From: Oligoflexales bacterium
Lineage (GTDB): Bacteria; Bdellovibrionota_B; Oligoflexia; Oligoflexales; CAIYRB01
Assembly (NCBI GenBank): GCA_041736175.1
Contig: JBGSUI010000069.1
Coordinates: forward strand, 22,510 to 86,509
DNA: 64,000 nt
Direction: 5' to 3'
A program made the position numbers and the translations under genes. The notes beneath the pieces were generated by a model. That model worked only from the letters and a program-made list of their open reading frames with translations, was not told where the DNA came from and did not search any database. This document shows positions 50,878 through 60,344 of the stretch, in pieces. Numbering within the stretch: the first letter of the stretch is position 1; each line of letters begins with the position of its first letter.

Positions 50878-51830
50878 GCAAATATCTACAGCTCCTTTTA
50901 CTCTTCGCTTTATTCTTTTGGAGTGGGCAGGCTGCCGCTCTCTTTGTCCAAACAGGCCGTGATTTTGAGCAGCTTCGCGATATCCTTAACGAGCAACTCA
51001 GCAACGATCAAGATCTCAAAGCTCGAGTCGTGCCAACACTTTTAGCAACTCCGATCCACCACTGGTCCCAGTCTAGTGGTGATTTTGCAGCCCAAGCGAC
51101 AACTCTCCTCAAAACAGTGCTCAATGGGGCCAACGACGTCATCTTGTGTCAGGACTGCAATGCATGGCGTCTTAACGTTGTCACCGGCCAGAGACTACAG
51201 ATTAACAACGGCGACTGGTCCCTCTCAGAGATAAGTCGGGCTAAGGAGAATCTTAAGTTTCAGCAGGCAAAGTCCTTGACTATGATTCGAGAAACCCCCA
51301 GTGGGATTGAGCTGAGGGTTGTAGAGTTAGCCGATGGCCGGGTTTTGCTTAGCGCATTAGCGGATGGAAACAGCGACCTAGATACACAGAAACCGTGGCT
51401 TGGGTTTTCTAAGGAGCGAGACCGACGGCTCAGAGAAGAGGCTCTTGCCTACTCTTTTATCAACCTAGGGCTTTATCCCAATCCTCTCTTGCAGCTGGAG
51501 TTTGTGGAGCAGTGGGGAAGCCTTAACCAGCATATTACGGGGATAGGATTCTCCCTAATCAACCCTGACCTTGCCCTTGGGGTCGTCTATCATTATTTGT
51601 TTCGAAACTTTAAGAATCTCCACGTATCCGGAAGTCTTTTGATGCCGCTGAGTGAGGTCTTGACCCAGGGTGATCAGGCGAATGAGGGAACGAATGGCTT
51701 TGTCTTTCAGGTGATGGGGCAGTATGCTTTCTCTAAGACCTATGCCCTGGGTCTCTCTCTCTCAAGTGAAGGAAAAGTGAGTCTTGGGTTGGTGTTTCAC
51801 AATCCTCTCTTTTTCCCATTTATCCTGTAA
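50871..51830 (+). CDS. Secreted protein with CxxC domain and probable C-terminal beta-barrel
   Basis: Signal peptide, LCQDCNAW, LRVVELADGRVL, amphipathic strands. Confidence 0.6.
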   Translation: MVGKYLQLLLLFALFFWSGQAAALFVQTGRDFEQLRDILNEQLSNDQDLKARVVPTLLATPIHHWSQSSGDFAAQATTLLKTVLNGANDVILCQDCNAWRLNVVTGQRLQINNGDWSLSEISRAKENLKFQQAKSLTMIRETPSGIELRVVELADGRVLLSALADGNSDLDTQKPWLGFSKERDRRLREEALAYSFINLGLYPNPLLQLEFVEQWGSLNQHITGIGFSLINPDLALGVVYHYLFRNFKNLHVSGSLLMPLSEVLTQGDQANEGTNGFVFQVMGQYAFSKTYALGLSLSSEGKVSLGLVFHNPLFFPFIL

Positions 51831-51836
51831 GGAGTC

Positions 51837-52484
51837 TTGCAATTGCGAAGATCCTATGATCTCACTGGCATCCTAATAGCTCTCGTCCTGTCGAGTTTCC
51901 AAGTGGGATGCAATGCGTCCAAAGAGTTTTGGCAGTATGTTGTCCAAGACGAAATCGCTAAACCGATCCCCCCGCGCGAGGAGGGTGAGGAGGATGCACC
52001 TCGGCTGTTGTCACCCCATAATGTCCGAGTCGTTTATAACGACGGCTCGACTTCGACCGAAGTCGTGATTCCAGTGTTATCATCAGGCCAACAAATTGTT
52101 ATTGACCATAAAAGTCGATCGAAGCCTAGCTCTCTGTCGGTCCTACCGATCCCCCCTGCTCCTGCTGACCAATCCCTGGAGCAGTCCTATGTGGAAGGCG
52201 GTCTGCCAATCCAACAAAAGAGTACACCCGTCAGTATCGTCAAGACTCACGAGAAAATCCGCGAGCTTGTCAAGGAAGGCAACTACGCTGTGGCGCTGGA
52301 GTATGCGGACCAGCTCTTGAAGCGGTATCCTAAACACGTCAAGACCCTACGGACCAAAGGATCTCTACTCCTCCAAATGGGCGAATTAGACGCAGCTCTT
52401 AAGACATACCGAGATGCCCAAGATGTTGAGCCCGATAAAAAGGTCGAAGAGTTGATCCAAAATCTTGAAAAACGATCTCGGTAA
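51837..52484 (+). CDS. TPR-containing lipoprotein
   Basis: Lipobox QVGC; GNYAVALEYADQLLKRYPKH, KGSLLLQMGELDAALKTY. Confidence 0.8.
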   Translation: MQLRRSYDLTGILIALVLSSFQVGCNASKEFWQYVVQDEIAKPIPPREEGEEDAPRLLSPHNVRVVYNDGSTSTEVVIPVLSSGQQIVIDHKSRSKPSSLSVLPIPPAPADQSLEQSYVEGGLPIQQKSTPVSIVKTHEKIRELVKEGNYAVALEYADQLLKRYPKHVKTLRTKGSLLLQMGELDAALKTYRDAQDVEPDKKVEELIQNLEKRSR

Positions 52485-52502
52485 TTCCAAAGGAGCCACG
52501 CC

Positions 52503-54209
52503 GTGAAGCAACAGTCCCAAAGCTACCTGAAATCGATGCTGATAATGCTCTATCTCCTGTCGGTCTACCGGGTAGCTGCTGCTACACCTGCTGCTTCTCA
52601 AGACAAAGGTGTTCAGATTCCCAGCAATATTCAACAGGAAATTGCAGCCACCAACGACAAGTTTAACCAAATTTTAGAGGAGGAATGCCCTACCCAAGGA
52701 TGTTTTGCTGTGGGGTGTTCGGTCTCTCGTTTTGGGGCCGCGGATCAAGTTCAGGGTTCTTCACTGCCGGGTCTGGAAGAAACTAAACTTGATGGAAAAC
52801 CCCAATACCGTCTAGAGGCGGTCCTCTGTGAGTTTGCCTACGAGCCGTCGATCGATCCTGCGGAGCTGGCTAACCTTAAACAAAGGGTCAGGCAACGGGT
52901 CAAAAACGTTGGTGTCGAGCTGAGTATCGGCACGAGACCTTTGACGCCTAAGGTTGATCTCGATTCTAAAGGTAGTCCCAAAACCGACTCCCCTCCGCTG
53001 CCACCTCCAACGATTTTGGACCAATTTGTCTTACGACTGATCCCTTTTGTCCCCTGGTTCTTACTCTTGATTTTGTCGACTCTCGTGCTGCTGCTTATCC
53101 TATGGGGTTGGCGACGGGTTGGAAGGGTCGAAAAACGCAGCTCTTCGGCAAGGACTCGGGAGATGGACCGCAATTTACCGGCGCCACTTGAGCCCGAGCC
53201 AAGCCCCCATATGTTGATGCGTCGCGTGGCCCAACTATCCCACTCCCTTGGCGAAGATCCCCATCTCGTAGAGGTCACCCTCAAAAAATATTTTGAAGAA
53301 AAAAACTATGACGAATTGATCCATTTTGTCCGGCATTTTGGTCCAGAACTCCTGTCTCCATTTAAAATTAAACCAGAGTTTAGAGAGGCCCTCGGTGTCT
53401 TAAGTCAAAAGTATTCGGAGACGGATGCTGGCGATGCTCCCTCGGAGATCTGGGGTTTTCTAAACAGGATCGAAAGAGATATGATCGCCGCCAAAGTCCG
53501 GATCGATGTGGAGCCTCTTGCCGAAAACTTTCAGTTTTTAAGCACTCTGGGTGTCGATGAATTCCTAGGAATTTTGCGCGAAATCAGCGAGGAAGAAGCC
53601 ATAGCAGCGGTCTCCTATGCCCCGCGTCGACTGAGAGAACAGTTTTTTGCGAGCGCCAATCCAACTTTTACCGCTAAATTTGTCGAGCATCTGACTAAAG
53701 TAGAAAAGATGTCCGATTCCTTTGTAAGAGATGTGGCCAAAAAGCTCCGTGAGGTCCACCAAGTAAAGGGCGACTCCCTCAGGGTTGTGAGGCGGGATAC
53801 GATTCCACTCTTTGAAGAAGCTCTCAATGCCTTGGACCCGGACAAAAGGCGGCAGCTCCTTAAAGACCTCAGCCAAGCAAATCCTGCATTTCTCAAGTCG
53901 GTGGCCCCGGTGGTGTTTCTAGACGATTCCCTCCCTCTCTTGAGCGACCCAATTCTCGCCGAGGCCATGATGCTCGTGACACCCGAGGAGGCTTCCCACT
54001 ACCTGGCTGGATTTACTTGGGCACCTCAGGTTCTAGGTCGCCTCAATCCGCGGCTTGCGGAAGCGATCCGTAAAGCTCGGTTTGGCAACCAGGTGGACTC
54101 CCAGATTGCCTGGAATGCACGGGAAAAGATCGCTGTCTTTGTAAAACAGCAGCATCTCCTTGGTGCCCTAGATCTCATTGCCATCAATGCTCGTCTCGCA
54201 AAGGAATAA
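52503..54209 (+). CDS. Membrane-anchored protein with FliG-like middle and C-terminal domains (putative FliF-ring/FliG fusion)
   Basis: Signal peptide, periplasmic domain, one TM helix, then FQFLSTL...AIAAVSY...LNALDPD...NPAFLKSV..VFLDDSL..LSD...LNPRLAEAI...AREKIAVFVK..GALDL following the FliG pattern. Confidence 0.7.
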   Translation: MKQQSQSYLKSMLIMLYLLSVYRVAAATPAASQDKGVQIPSNIQQEIAATNDKFNQILEEECPTQGCFAVGCSVSRFGAADQVQGSSLPGLEETKLDGKPQYRLEAVLCEFAYEPSIDPAELANLKQRVRQRVKNVGVELSIGTRPLTPKVDLDSKGSPKTDSPPLPPPTILDQFVLRLIPFVPWFLLLILSTLVLLLILWGWRRVGRVEKRSSSARTREMDRNLPAPLEPEPSPHMLMRRVAQLSHSLGEDPHLVEVTLKKYFEEKNYDELIHFVRHFGPELLSPFKIKPEFREALGVLSQKYSETDAGDAPSEIWGFLNRIERDMIAAKVRIDVEPLAENFQFLSTLGVDEFLGILREISEEEAIAAVSYAPRRLREQFFASANPTFTAKFVEHLTKVEKMSDSFVRDVAKKLREVHQVKGDSLRVVRRDTIPLFEEALNALDPDKRRQLLKDLSQANPAFLKSVAPVVFLDDSLPLLSDPILAEAMMLVTPEEASHYLAGFTWAPQVLGRLNPRLAEAIRKARFGNQVDSQIAWNAREKIAVFVKQQHLLGALDLIAINARLAKE

Positions 54210-54211
54210 CC

Positions 54212-54994
54212 ATGCTGTATCAAGATCGAAGTGTCCGGCAGATTGGCAGGGATTGGATTTTTTTTTGCGCGGCTATCCTGGGCTCACCCGGATGTTACGA
54301 AGGCTGGGAGGATCCCTCTGCCCAGGGACCTGGCCAAGGACCCATCGATGGTACCCAAACTCCCCCCGGCGTGAACACCCCTAAACGATACTCCTATAGT
54401 CTGCTGACGACCATTCGCTTGGCACCAGCAGCTATGGCCAGCACCAAGTGTTTTCCGTCCCAAGACCTCAAGGAGTTTAGAACGACGGAATGGCAAGACC
54501 GGGCCTTGTCCCTTGGGACTGTATTAGGTGAATTAAGTGAAAAGGTCGTCACTAGGGAGGTGAGTGTTCCCGTTAACGACTGCACCGCTTTGGGGTCCGT
54601 ACTGAACGAGGCCCTTAAAGAAGCTCCCTGGCTGCCGGAGTCCGCACCGGCCAGTGACTCCCTCGGACGACTGATGGTGCATGTAAAGGCTGTCTTGTGG
54701 GAGGGAGAGCCAGCGTCGGCGCCTTCACCTAATGTCGCCAAAGAGGACTGGATTGCGGTAAGCACGCTTAAAGCAAAGGGTATTAAAAGCAAAAGTCTGA
54801 GCTACTTTGTGATAGCAAACGGAGGCAGCGGGCATTTTACCCAGTGGCAACGGGCGATGCCAAAAACCACTTGGGCGAGCGGCAATCCCATCAATCAGGT
54901 CGACCCGACTGACCAAGGGGCTGTGAATCGCAGAAATGTGGTGGGCAAAGATCAAGCAGCATTTAAACAGTGGCTCCTGGAGACTGCGCAGTGA
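54212..54994 (+). CDS. Hypothetical lipoprotein
   Basis: Leader ending SPGC, Pro/Gly linker. Confidence 0.65.
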   Translation: MLYQDRSVRQIGRDWIFFCAAILGSPGCYEGWEDPSAQGPGQGPIDGTQTPPGVNTPKRYSYSLLTTIRLAPAAMASTKCFPSQDLKEFRTTEWQDRALSLGTVLGELSEKVVTREVSVPVNDCTALGSVLNEALKEAPWLPESAPASDSLGRLMVHVKAVLWEGEPASAPSPNVAKEDWIAVSTLKAKGIKSKSLSYFVIANGGSGHFTQWQRAMPKTTWASGNPINQVDPTDQGAVNRRNVVGKDQAAFKQWLLETAQ

Positions 54995-57075
54995 CGTCTG
55001 TGGCAAAAATCATTTGTTTATACTTTCTTTATGTGAGTGCCGCATGCCAAAAAATCCCGCTTACCGGAGAATTTGGGGTCCTGGATTTAGCCATCGCCCA
55101 TTGGTTTGAAAACGAAGGTGTGGCCTATGTGTTTTACTCCCTGTCAGAGAGAGAAGCACGACTCTTAAACCCGGTCTTTAGCCTATCTCTTAAAATGAAG
55201 TCCCAGGTTTCTGGTGGTGAAGAGACTTTGCAACTCGTCCTTGATGGGAGCCAGGCGGTCCACGAGCATCGCCTTATAAAGTGTGGGCCAGATAAGCTTT
55301 GTGGTAGCTATTCGGTGAGGAGTTCAAAACCGCTCAGCAGCGGCACCCTTAAATTTCAATATGACCCCATGAGCGAGCTTGGGCTTTTAAAAGATCTTTC
55401 CGTGCAAAACCACTTTGCTAGCGACCGCTCCGAGAGTTTCAGCACCCAGCTGTTTGGCGTTTTTGACCAAACCAACGAACATCTCCAAGTGCGCGCCGTC
55501 CCTAACTTTGGCGTCCCTGGAAGCGAGGCGGTGCCCCTCTATGGGATGGAGCGGAAATACCGGATTTTTGGCGCACAACTGGAAAATATCAGCCTCAGTG
55601 ATTATATCGCCGCTAAAACCACCACGGGGTCACCCCTGGCTTTTCCTGCCTCTTATTGTAAAGTCGGTGCCCGCGGTCCAACAGTTCCGGAGTTTATTTT
55701 GGAAAAGTCCTCGGCTTGGTCGCAGCAATCTTTCACACCGACCAATCCCGCTACGGGAGCTTGCTTTACGGTGGAGTACCTAGGAAAAGATGGGGAGCCA
55801 CTCCTTAAACAGGCGGTTGCTGCCGCAGGCTTACGCAATCCCTTGGTTCGGGATGCCACAAGCTTTAGTCTGACCAATCCGCTACGGGAGACCCTCCAGA
55901 TACCCCTGGTCATCAAAATCTGCGACGACGATCCAGCTCGGGGATCGATGGTGGACGAGGATTTTTTCAAGTACCAACGGTATGTATTAGGTTACCCGGA
56001 TTTTCCCCAAGATGTGTGTTTTCGTATCGGGCGGAGTGAAGAGTTTAGGGAACAATTGGAAAACGTTTTAAGCTCTAAACTTTCAAGCCTTAAAAGCCAG
56101 CCCAATCCCGATAACCGAGACTATATGTTTGTTGTGGTTCTTCACGACAAGTTTACTCTCGAATTTAGCGATATCCAATCTAAAATCGCAGAGTCTCTAA
56201 GTAAAATATCAGCTCTAGAAGCTGATTTTGTTTCGCCAAGGTTGATCGGTGGGATCGTCTATGCGTCCACAGTGAATTTTGTACCCACCGTTGACCAACA
56301 AAAATATCTTGTTTGGTGTCCACAAAATCTTCTTGACCAGGTGCTGACCGGTCCAACTGCGGCGTTAGGTAAGCAAAATTGTACGATTTCTCCCTTGCTG
56401 AGCCTTGATTTGCGGATTATTAATTTTGTAGCCCCCTTGGGACCGTTGCCTTCGCTAGACTACTACACCGAGTATGTTAAGAGATATGGAGACTCTGGAT
56501 TGGCACGAAGCCCACAGCTCAAGATGTACAGCGTCCCCCAAACCAATCTAACAATCGTCGAAGAAGAACGTCGGATCACCTATTTTGATAGCCAGCGATA
56601 TGTCATTGGCCAGGGAGAAAAAGCGCGGGTCTGCAGAAACCGCCTGGTTCCTGGTATTACAGATATGGTCATAAAACCCTTTGACCAAGACCTTTCCATT
56701 GAGGGGATCAGTCTCTTTAATATCAATGCCCTTTGGTTGTCTGAAACAGGAGCAGGGGAGTACCGGATTGGGATCAGTTGGCGCTATGGATTTTGGGGTG
56801 GAATTTCCTATAAGGGTGCGCTTAATGGTAAAGTTGTCAGCGTGATACCATACACAAGGTCGTTTAGTGCCTACGAGGAGCTAGGGGACTCTAAATGGTC
56901 TACGGAGACGATTCCTCTCGGCCAAGCGATCCAGCACTGTGCTGCCTATTGTGGCCATCCCTTTTTTGATGAATGGGGACAATACCAAGTAGGAGCTGCG
57001 TGGGATGATGTCCTGCGCTCTGACTGCACAACGCCCAAAATTTCTCGGTGGAACGATAATGAGGTGGGAACTTGA
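54991..57075 (+). CDS. Large Cys-rich lipoprotein of unknown function
   Basis: GTGA overlap start, lipobox SAAC, many Cys, beta-rich. Confidence 0.7.
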   Translation: MTSVAKIICLYFLYVSAACQKIPLTGEFGVLDLAIAHWFENEGVAYVFYSLSEREARLLNPVFSLSLKMKSQVSGGEETLQLVLDGSQAVHEHRLIKCGPDKLCGSYSVRSSKPLSSGTLKFQYDPMSELGLLKDLSVQNHFASDRSESFSTQLFGVFDQTNEHLQVRAVPNFGVPGSEAVPLYGMERKYRIFGAQLENISLSDYIAAKTTTGSPLAFPASYCKVGARGPTVPEFILEKSSAWSQQSFTPTNPATGACFTVEYLGKDGEPLLKQAVAAAGLRNPLVRDATSFSLTNPLRETLQIPLVIKICDDDPARGSMVDEDFFKYQRYVLGYPDFPQDVCFRIGRSEEFREQLENVLSSKLSSLKSQPNPDNRDYMFVVVLHDKFTLEFSDIQSKIAESLSKISALEADFVSPRLIGGIVYASTVNFVPTVDQQKYLVWCPQNLLDQVLTGPTAALGKQNCTISPLLSLDLRIINFVAPLGPLPSLDYYTEYVKRYGDSGLARSPQLKMYSVPQTNLTIVEEERRITYFDSQRYVIGQGEKARVCRNRLVPGITDMVIKPFDQDLSIEGISLFNINALWLSETGAGEYRIGISWRYGFWGGISYKGALNGKVVSVIPYTRSFSAYEELGDSKWSTETIPLGQAIQHCAAYCGHPFFDEWGQYQVGAAWDDVLRSDCTTPKISRWNDNEVGT

Positions 57076-57836
57076 TCGACCGCATATCCATTCAGCGAGT
57101 TATCGTGCTGGTGTTGTTTTTAGGAGATGCCTTCGCATGGGCCCAAAAAAATGATTCTCAAGGTGATGCGAATTCGGATCCCGAGATTGAAGAAAACAGT
57201 AGTGAAATCCTCAGCGCCATGTCTCTTGCCAGAGAGGTGGTCCAAGCCTCCCAGTCACTCCATGCCTTTGACTGGCGCAAGATGGCCACCGAACTTTCTT
57301 TTGGTTATGGCTACGCGGATGAGGCTAACAATTTTGATACCGAATCTTTCAATCTAGGGCTTGGGATTCCGACGGGCGATGGATATCTGATCCAGGGAGG
57401 GCTGCGGCGTACCTTAGTCTATAGCACTCCTTCTACCAACCAACTTGGGGCTACTCCCTACCTTCAGGAGGCCCTTACATCCCGCTACGAGCTTTATGGG
57501 GGACTCGCCGCCAGTCTCGTAGAAGGCAGGGCGATGTCGCGGCTTAGCCCGTGGCTTCCGGATCTAGAGTTTGTTTTGTTTGGAGTCGGTCGCCTGCATT
57601 ATTCTCGCTCGACCCAGGACTGGCAGCCTTGGAGTTCGCGAAAACCTCCATCAAAGCTCGGGCAAAAGCCGATCACATCGAACTTGGGTGCCGAGCTAGG
57701 ATTTCGCACTCAGGTTTATTTACCGATCCATATTGGTCTCTATTTTGAATGGCTTTATATTAGGCCCAGGTCAGGGGGGCAGGATCTCAAGTCATGGCGG
57801 TATTTTGAGGGAGGATTGGCTTGGGAGATTCCCTAA
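57072..57836 (+). CDS. Putative small outer-membrane beta-barrel protein
   Basis: Signal peptide (AWA), amphipathic strands ELSFGYGY, FNLGLG, ELGFRTQVY, FEGGLAW. Confidence 0.6.
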   Translation: MIDRISIQRVIVLVLFLGDAFAWAQKNDSQGDANSDPEIEENSSEILSAMSLAREVVQASQSLHAFDWRKMATELSFGYGYADEANNFDTESFNLGLGIPTGDGYLIQGGLRRTLVYSTPSTNQLGATPYLQEALTSRYELYGGLAASLVEGRAMSRLSPWLPDLEFVLFGVGRLHYSRSTQDWQPWSSRKPPSKLGQKPITSNLGAELGFRTQVYLPIHIGLYFEWLYIRPRSGGQDLKSWRYFEGGLAWEIP

Positions 57837-59752
57837 ACAACAGACACAAGTCGCTCAAGGGTTGGCTTTGGGGAATTTTGCTTCTGATTCAGCCGGCCCT
57901 AGGGGCTACTCCCTCGGGATTCGATGTGAGGCTTGAACAAGGGCGTCACGCCTTGACGACAGCAAAGAATTCAAAAGACCTCAAGGCAGCCGAAGATGTC
58001 TATGGGGGAATCCCTTGGTCGGACCCGCTGTTTAAGACAAAAATTCAAGATTTGATCCAGTGGCGCCTTCGCCTTAACCATGGCACGGAAGCCTGGAAAC
58101 TCCATCTAGTAGCAGAGCGTCTAGGATACCAGTGGTCGGACCTGGACTACTCCAAGGTGCTTGCGGCGATGATGGTGGGAGTCTGTACCCTTAATGTTCC
58201 GGTTGAGATTCCCTATTTTCGGTTTTTGGCGCGGGCCCATATCTACCGTTTTGGGGTTCGCTTTTCCAAAAGTCGCCAACTGGTAAACCCCTATGAGATT
58301 GCCGCAAGGGGGCGCAGGCTTTCCTATCTGAATTGGAACCAACTCCCCTATCTTGTGGCCATTGCCCAGCTGGGCGGCTACCAAGAGACTCAGCTCCTGC
58401 GGGGAATGGGATGTGCCTCGGACGAAGATGAGCTACGGGACCCCAGAGAACGCCAGCACCTGGAGTTTGTCCAACTCAAAAATTGGTGGGCCTTAAAAAA
58501 GCAGAACCTCCAGCCAGATCTTTACGGTGAGACGGCGGTGCGTCTGCGACTCCTCTGGTTGGCTATGAATACATCACCAAAAAACTCTGTTCCTCAATCA
58601 AGTCCGCCCCTTTCGGATGGTGACGAGAAATTGGTCATAGAACTTTTAGACTCCTTTGAGTTTCGCCCTAAAGGTCCACAGCTTCCACAAAAAGAGGTAT
58701 GGCAAGGTTTAGACCCTGAAGAACAGCGTTATCTTTGGGGCCAGTTTATATCATCTAAACGGGTCCCCTCCCCTCCCTATAAGTTTAACTCCTCGGAAGC
58801 AAGCCACCTAGCCCTGCTCGCTCGATCTGCGCTGACCTCAAAAGATGCCGCGACCTGGTATGCCCTGCTTGATGTGCGGGCGTTCCCATTGGCACAGCAC
58901 CAAGAGATTCTCGACCAAGTCTTACAAAAAAAATCAGATTCTGAGTCCTCACTGGGATGCCTCCTCTATAACCGAGCCCAGATCGCCTATACTCGAGGCC
59001 AAACAACCTTGGCTTTAACCATGATCAGGCGACTCCTTTTGGGCGGGGAGTCGGATGGAGACCGGGAGGTGGAGACCCAGGCCGAGCACCTTGCTACTGA
59101 GTTGATCACAGAGTATCAATACGATCCGGCGATTTTAGGAGCTATCCAAACGCTGTTACCTCCCTCCCTGTGGACTCAGATCTTCCAAAAAATTGCCATC
59201 GACCACGGGCTCCGTGGCCAAAAGCGGGAGTTTGATCGGATCGTTTCTCTGGGTCCCAAAAAGTCTGGAGGGCCTCATCTAAGCTTTAACCCTCAGGGTT
59301 TAGAGCTGCTCAGGCACATGGCAGAACGAAATATAAATCAGTTTAATCGGATCTGGGCCCAGTTTGTCCAAGCCCAACCCCAGCAAGCTCTCACCCTTGT
59401 CGAGCGCATGGCCGAACGGAGCTTAGGGCTTAAGCCCCAAGAAAAACCGGGGGTCTCCCCCTATTTTAAAGTTGTTCTCGACACTATAAGCTCCCTTCCC
59501 CAAAGGGGGCGAACCCAGGAGGTTTTAGGTGAGTTGCGCAAGATTTGGAGCTTTGCTCTGACTGCCAACCGCTTCCAGGAGGGTGTGGCGACAGTCCATG
59601 GGGGCGTCGTCCAAGCGGGAGTGGTGGACCTCAATAAGGGGGTTTCCCTCCTCCCTTGCGATCAGGCTTGGAAGCCTCCCCAGTCCCTAAGTCCTAAACA
59701 GCTCCTAGCGATCCCGCGCCGCATTGGCTCTACCGAATGGGAGGTGCGATAA
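57821..59752 (+). CDS. Secreted all-alpha (TPR-like) protein
   Basis: Signal peptide (ALG), helical repeats such as LLYNRAQIAYTRGQTTLAL. Confidence 0.6.
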   Translation: MGDSLNNRHKSLKGWLWGILLLIQPALGATPSGFDVRLEQGRHALTTAKNSKDLKAAEDVYGGIPWSDPLFKTKIQDLIQWRLRLNHGTEAWKLHLVAERLGYQWSDLDYSKVLAAMMVGVCTLNVPVEIPYFRFLARAHIYRFGVRFSKSRQLVNPYEIAARGRRLSYLNWNQLPYLVAIAQLGGYQETQLLRGMGCASDEDELRDPRERQHLEFVQLKNWWALKKQNLQPDLYGETAVRLRLLWLAMNTSPKNSVPQSSPPLSDGDEKLVIELLDSFEFRPKGPQLPQKEVWQGLDPEEQRYLWGQFISSKRVPSPPYKFNSSEASHLALLARSALTSKDAATWYALLDVRAFPLAQHQEILDQVLQKKSDSESSLGCLLYNRAQIAYTRGQTTLALTMIRRLLLGGESDGDREVETQAEHLATELITEYQYDPAILGAIQTLLPPSLWTQIFQKIAIDHGLRGQKREFDRIVSLGPKKSGGPHLSFNPQGLELLRHMAERNINQFNRIWAQFVQAQPQQALTLVERMAERSLGLKPQEKPGVSPYFKVVLDTISSLPQRGRTQEVLGELRKIWSFALTANRFQEGVATVHGGVVQAGVVDLNKGVSLLPCDQAWKPPQSLSPKQLLAIPRRIGSTEWEVR

Positions 59753-59755
59753 CCT

Positions 59756-60247
59756 TTGTTGTGGTCTCTTCCAACCCATCCCTTGACTAAGGTATTAGCT
59801 CTTGGAGTGGCTCTATGGAGCCAACCAATAGGCTGGGAAGAAATCCCTGCTGGTTCTCCTCCAGAGGTCGAAAAAACTATTCAGCCAAAAGCTGCGACTA
59901 AAGTCCTCAAAGAGACTCCGGGGAGCCCCCGTCTCCGTTTGCCAACAGACCGAGGTTTACAGGTAGACTCCGAACGGTTTTTACGATCCTTTCGCCGCCA
60001 AGCCGCGGTGGACTTAACGCCCTGCCTGGCCAAGGAAGAAAAAAATCAGGGTGGAGGTGACCGCAGTCTCGGTCTTTCGGCAGTGCTCGATGCAAAAGGG
60101 CATATCAAAGTGATCAAGGTTATCGATCCCCACAAAAACATATCAGACTGTGCCCGCGAGGCTCTTTTTAAGATGGATTTTTCCCCTTTGACCACGCACC
60201 TCCCCCAGGGAGCGACCGTTACTGTTCAATGGCGCCTAGATTGGTAG
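59756..60247 (+). CDS. Protein with TonB-C/AgmX-PglI-like C-terminal domain
   Basis: N-terminal anchor, Pro-rich linker, LTPCL...LSAVLDAKGHIKVI...DCAREALFKMDF...VTVQWRL. Confidence 0.55.
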   Translation: MLWSLPTHPLTKVLALGVALWSQPIGWEEIPAGSPPEVEKTIQPKAATKVLKETPGSPRLRLPTDRGLQVDSERFLRSFRRQAAVDLTPCLAKEEKNQGGGDRSLGLSAVLDAKGHIKVIKVIDPHKNISDCAREALFKMDFSPLTTHLPQGATVTVQWRLDW

Positions 60248-60279
60248 CCTGGGAAACAGGAAATTTCTATAAACTTTTA
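60213..60279 (+). repeat. 67-bp direct repeat, copy 1 (includes 3' end of the last operon gene)
   Basis: First 51 bp identical to 61469-61519; 2 mismatches over 67 bp. Confidence 0.95.
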
Positions 60280-60344
60280 ATTCGATTGAGTTAGACTCAC
60301 TTACCGAAACAGCAGCCTAGGCAACCTCCTATAGTGGACGGATT

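Noticed and set aside
48360..60247. Canonical flagellar, T3SS or T6SS cluster
   Set aside because: No recognisable export gate, ATPase, rod/hook, sheath, Hcp or VgrG sequences.
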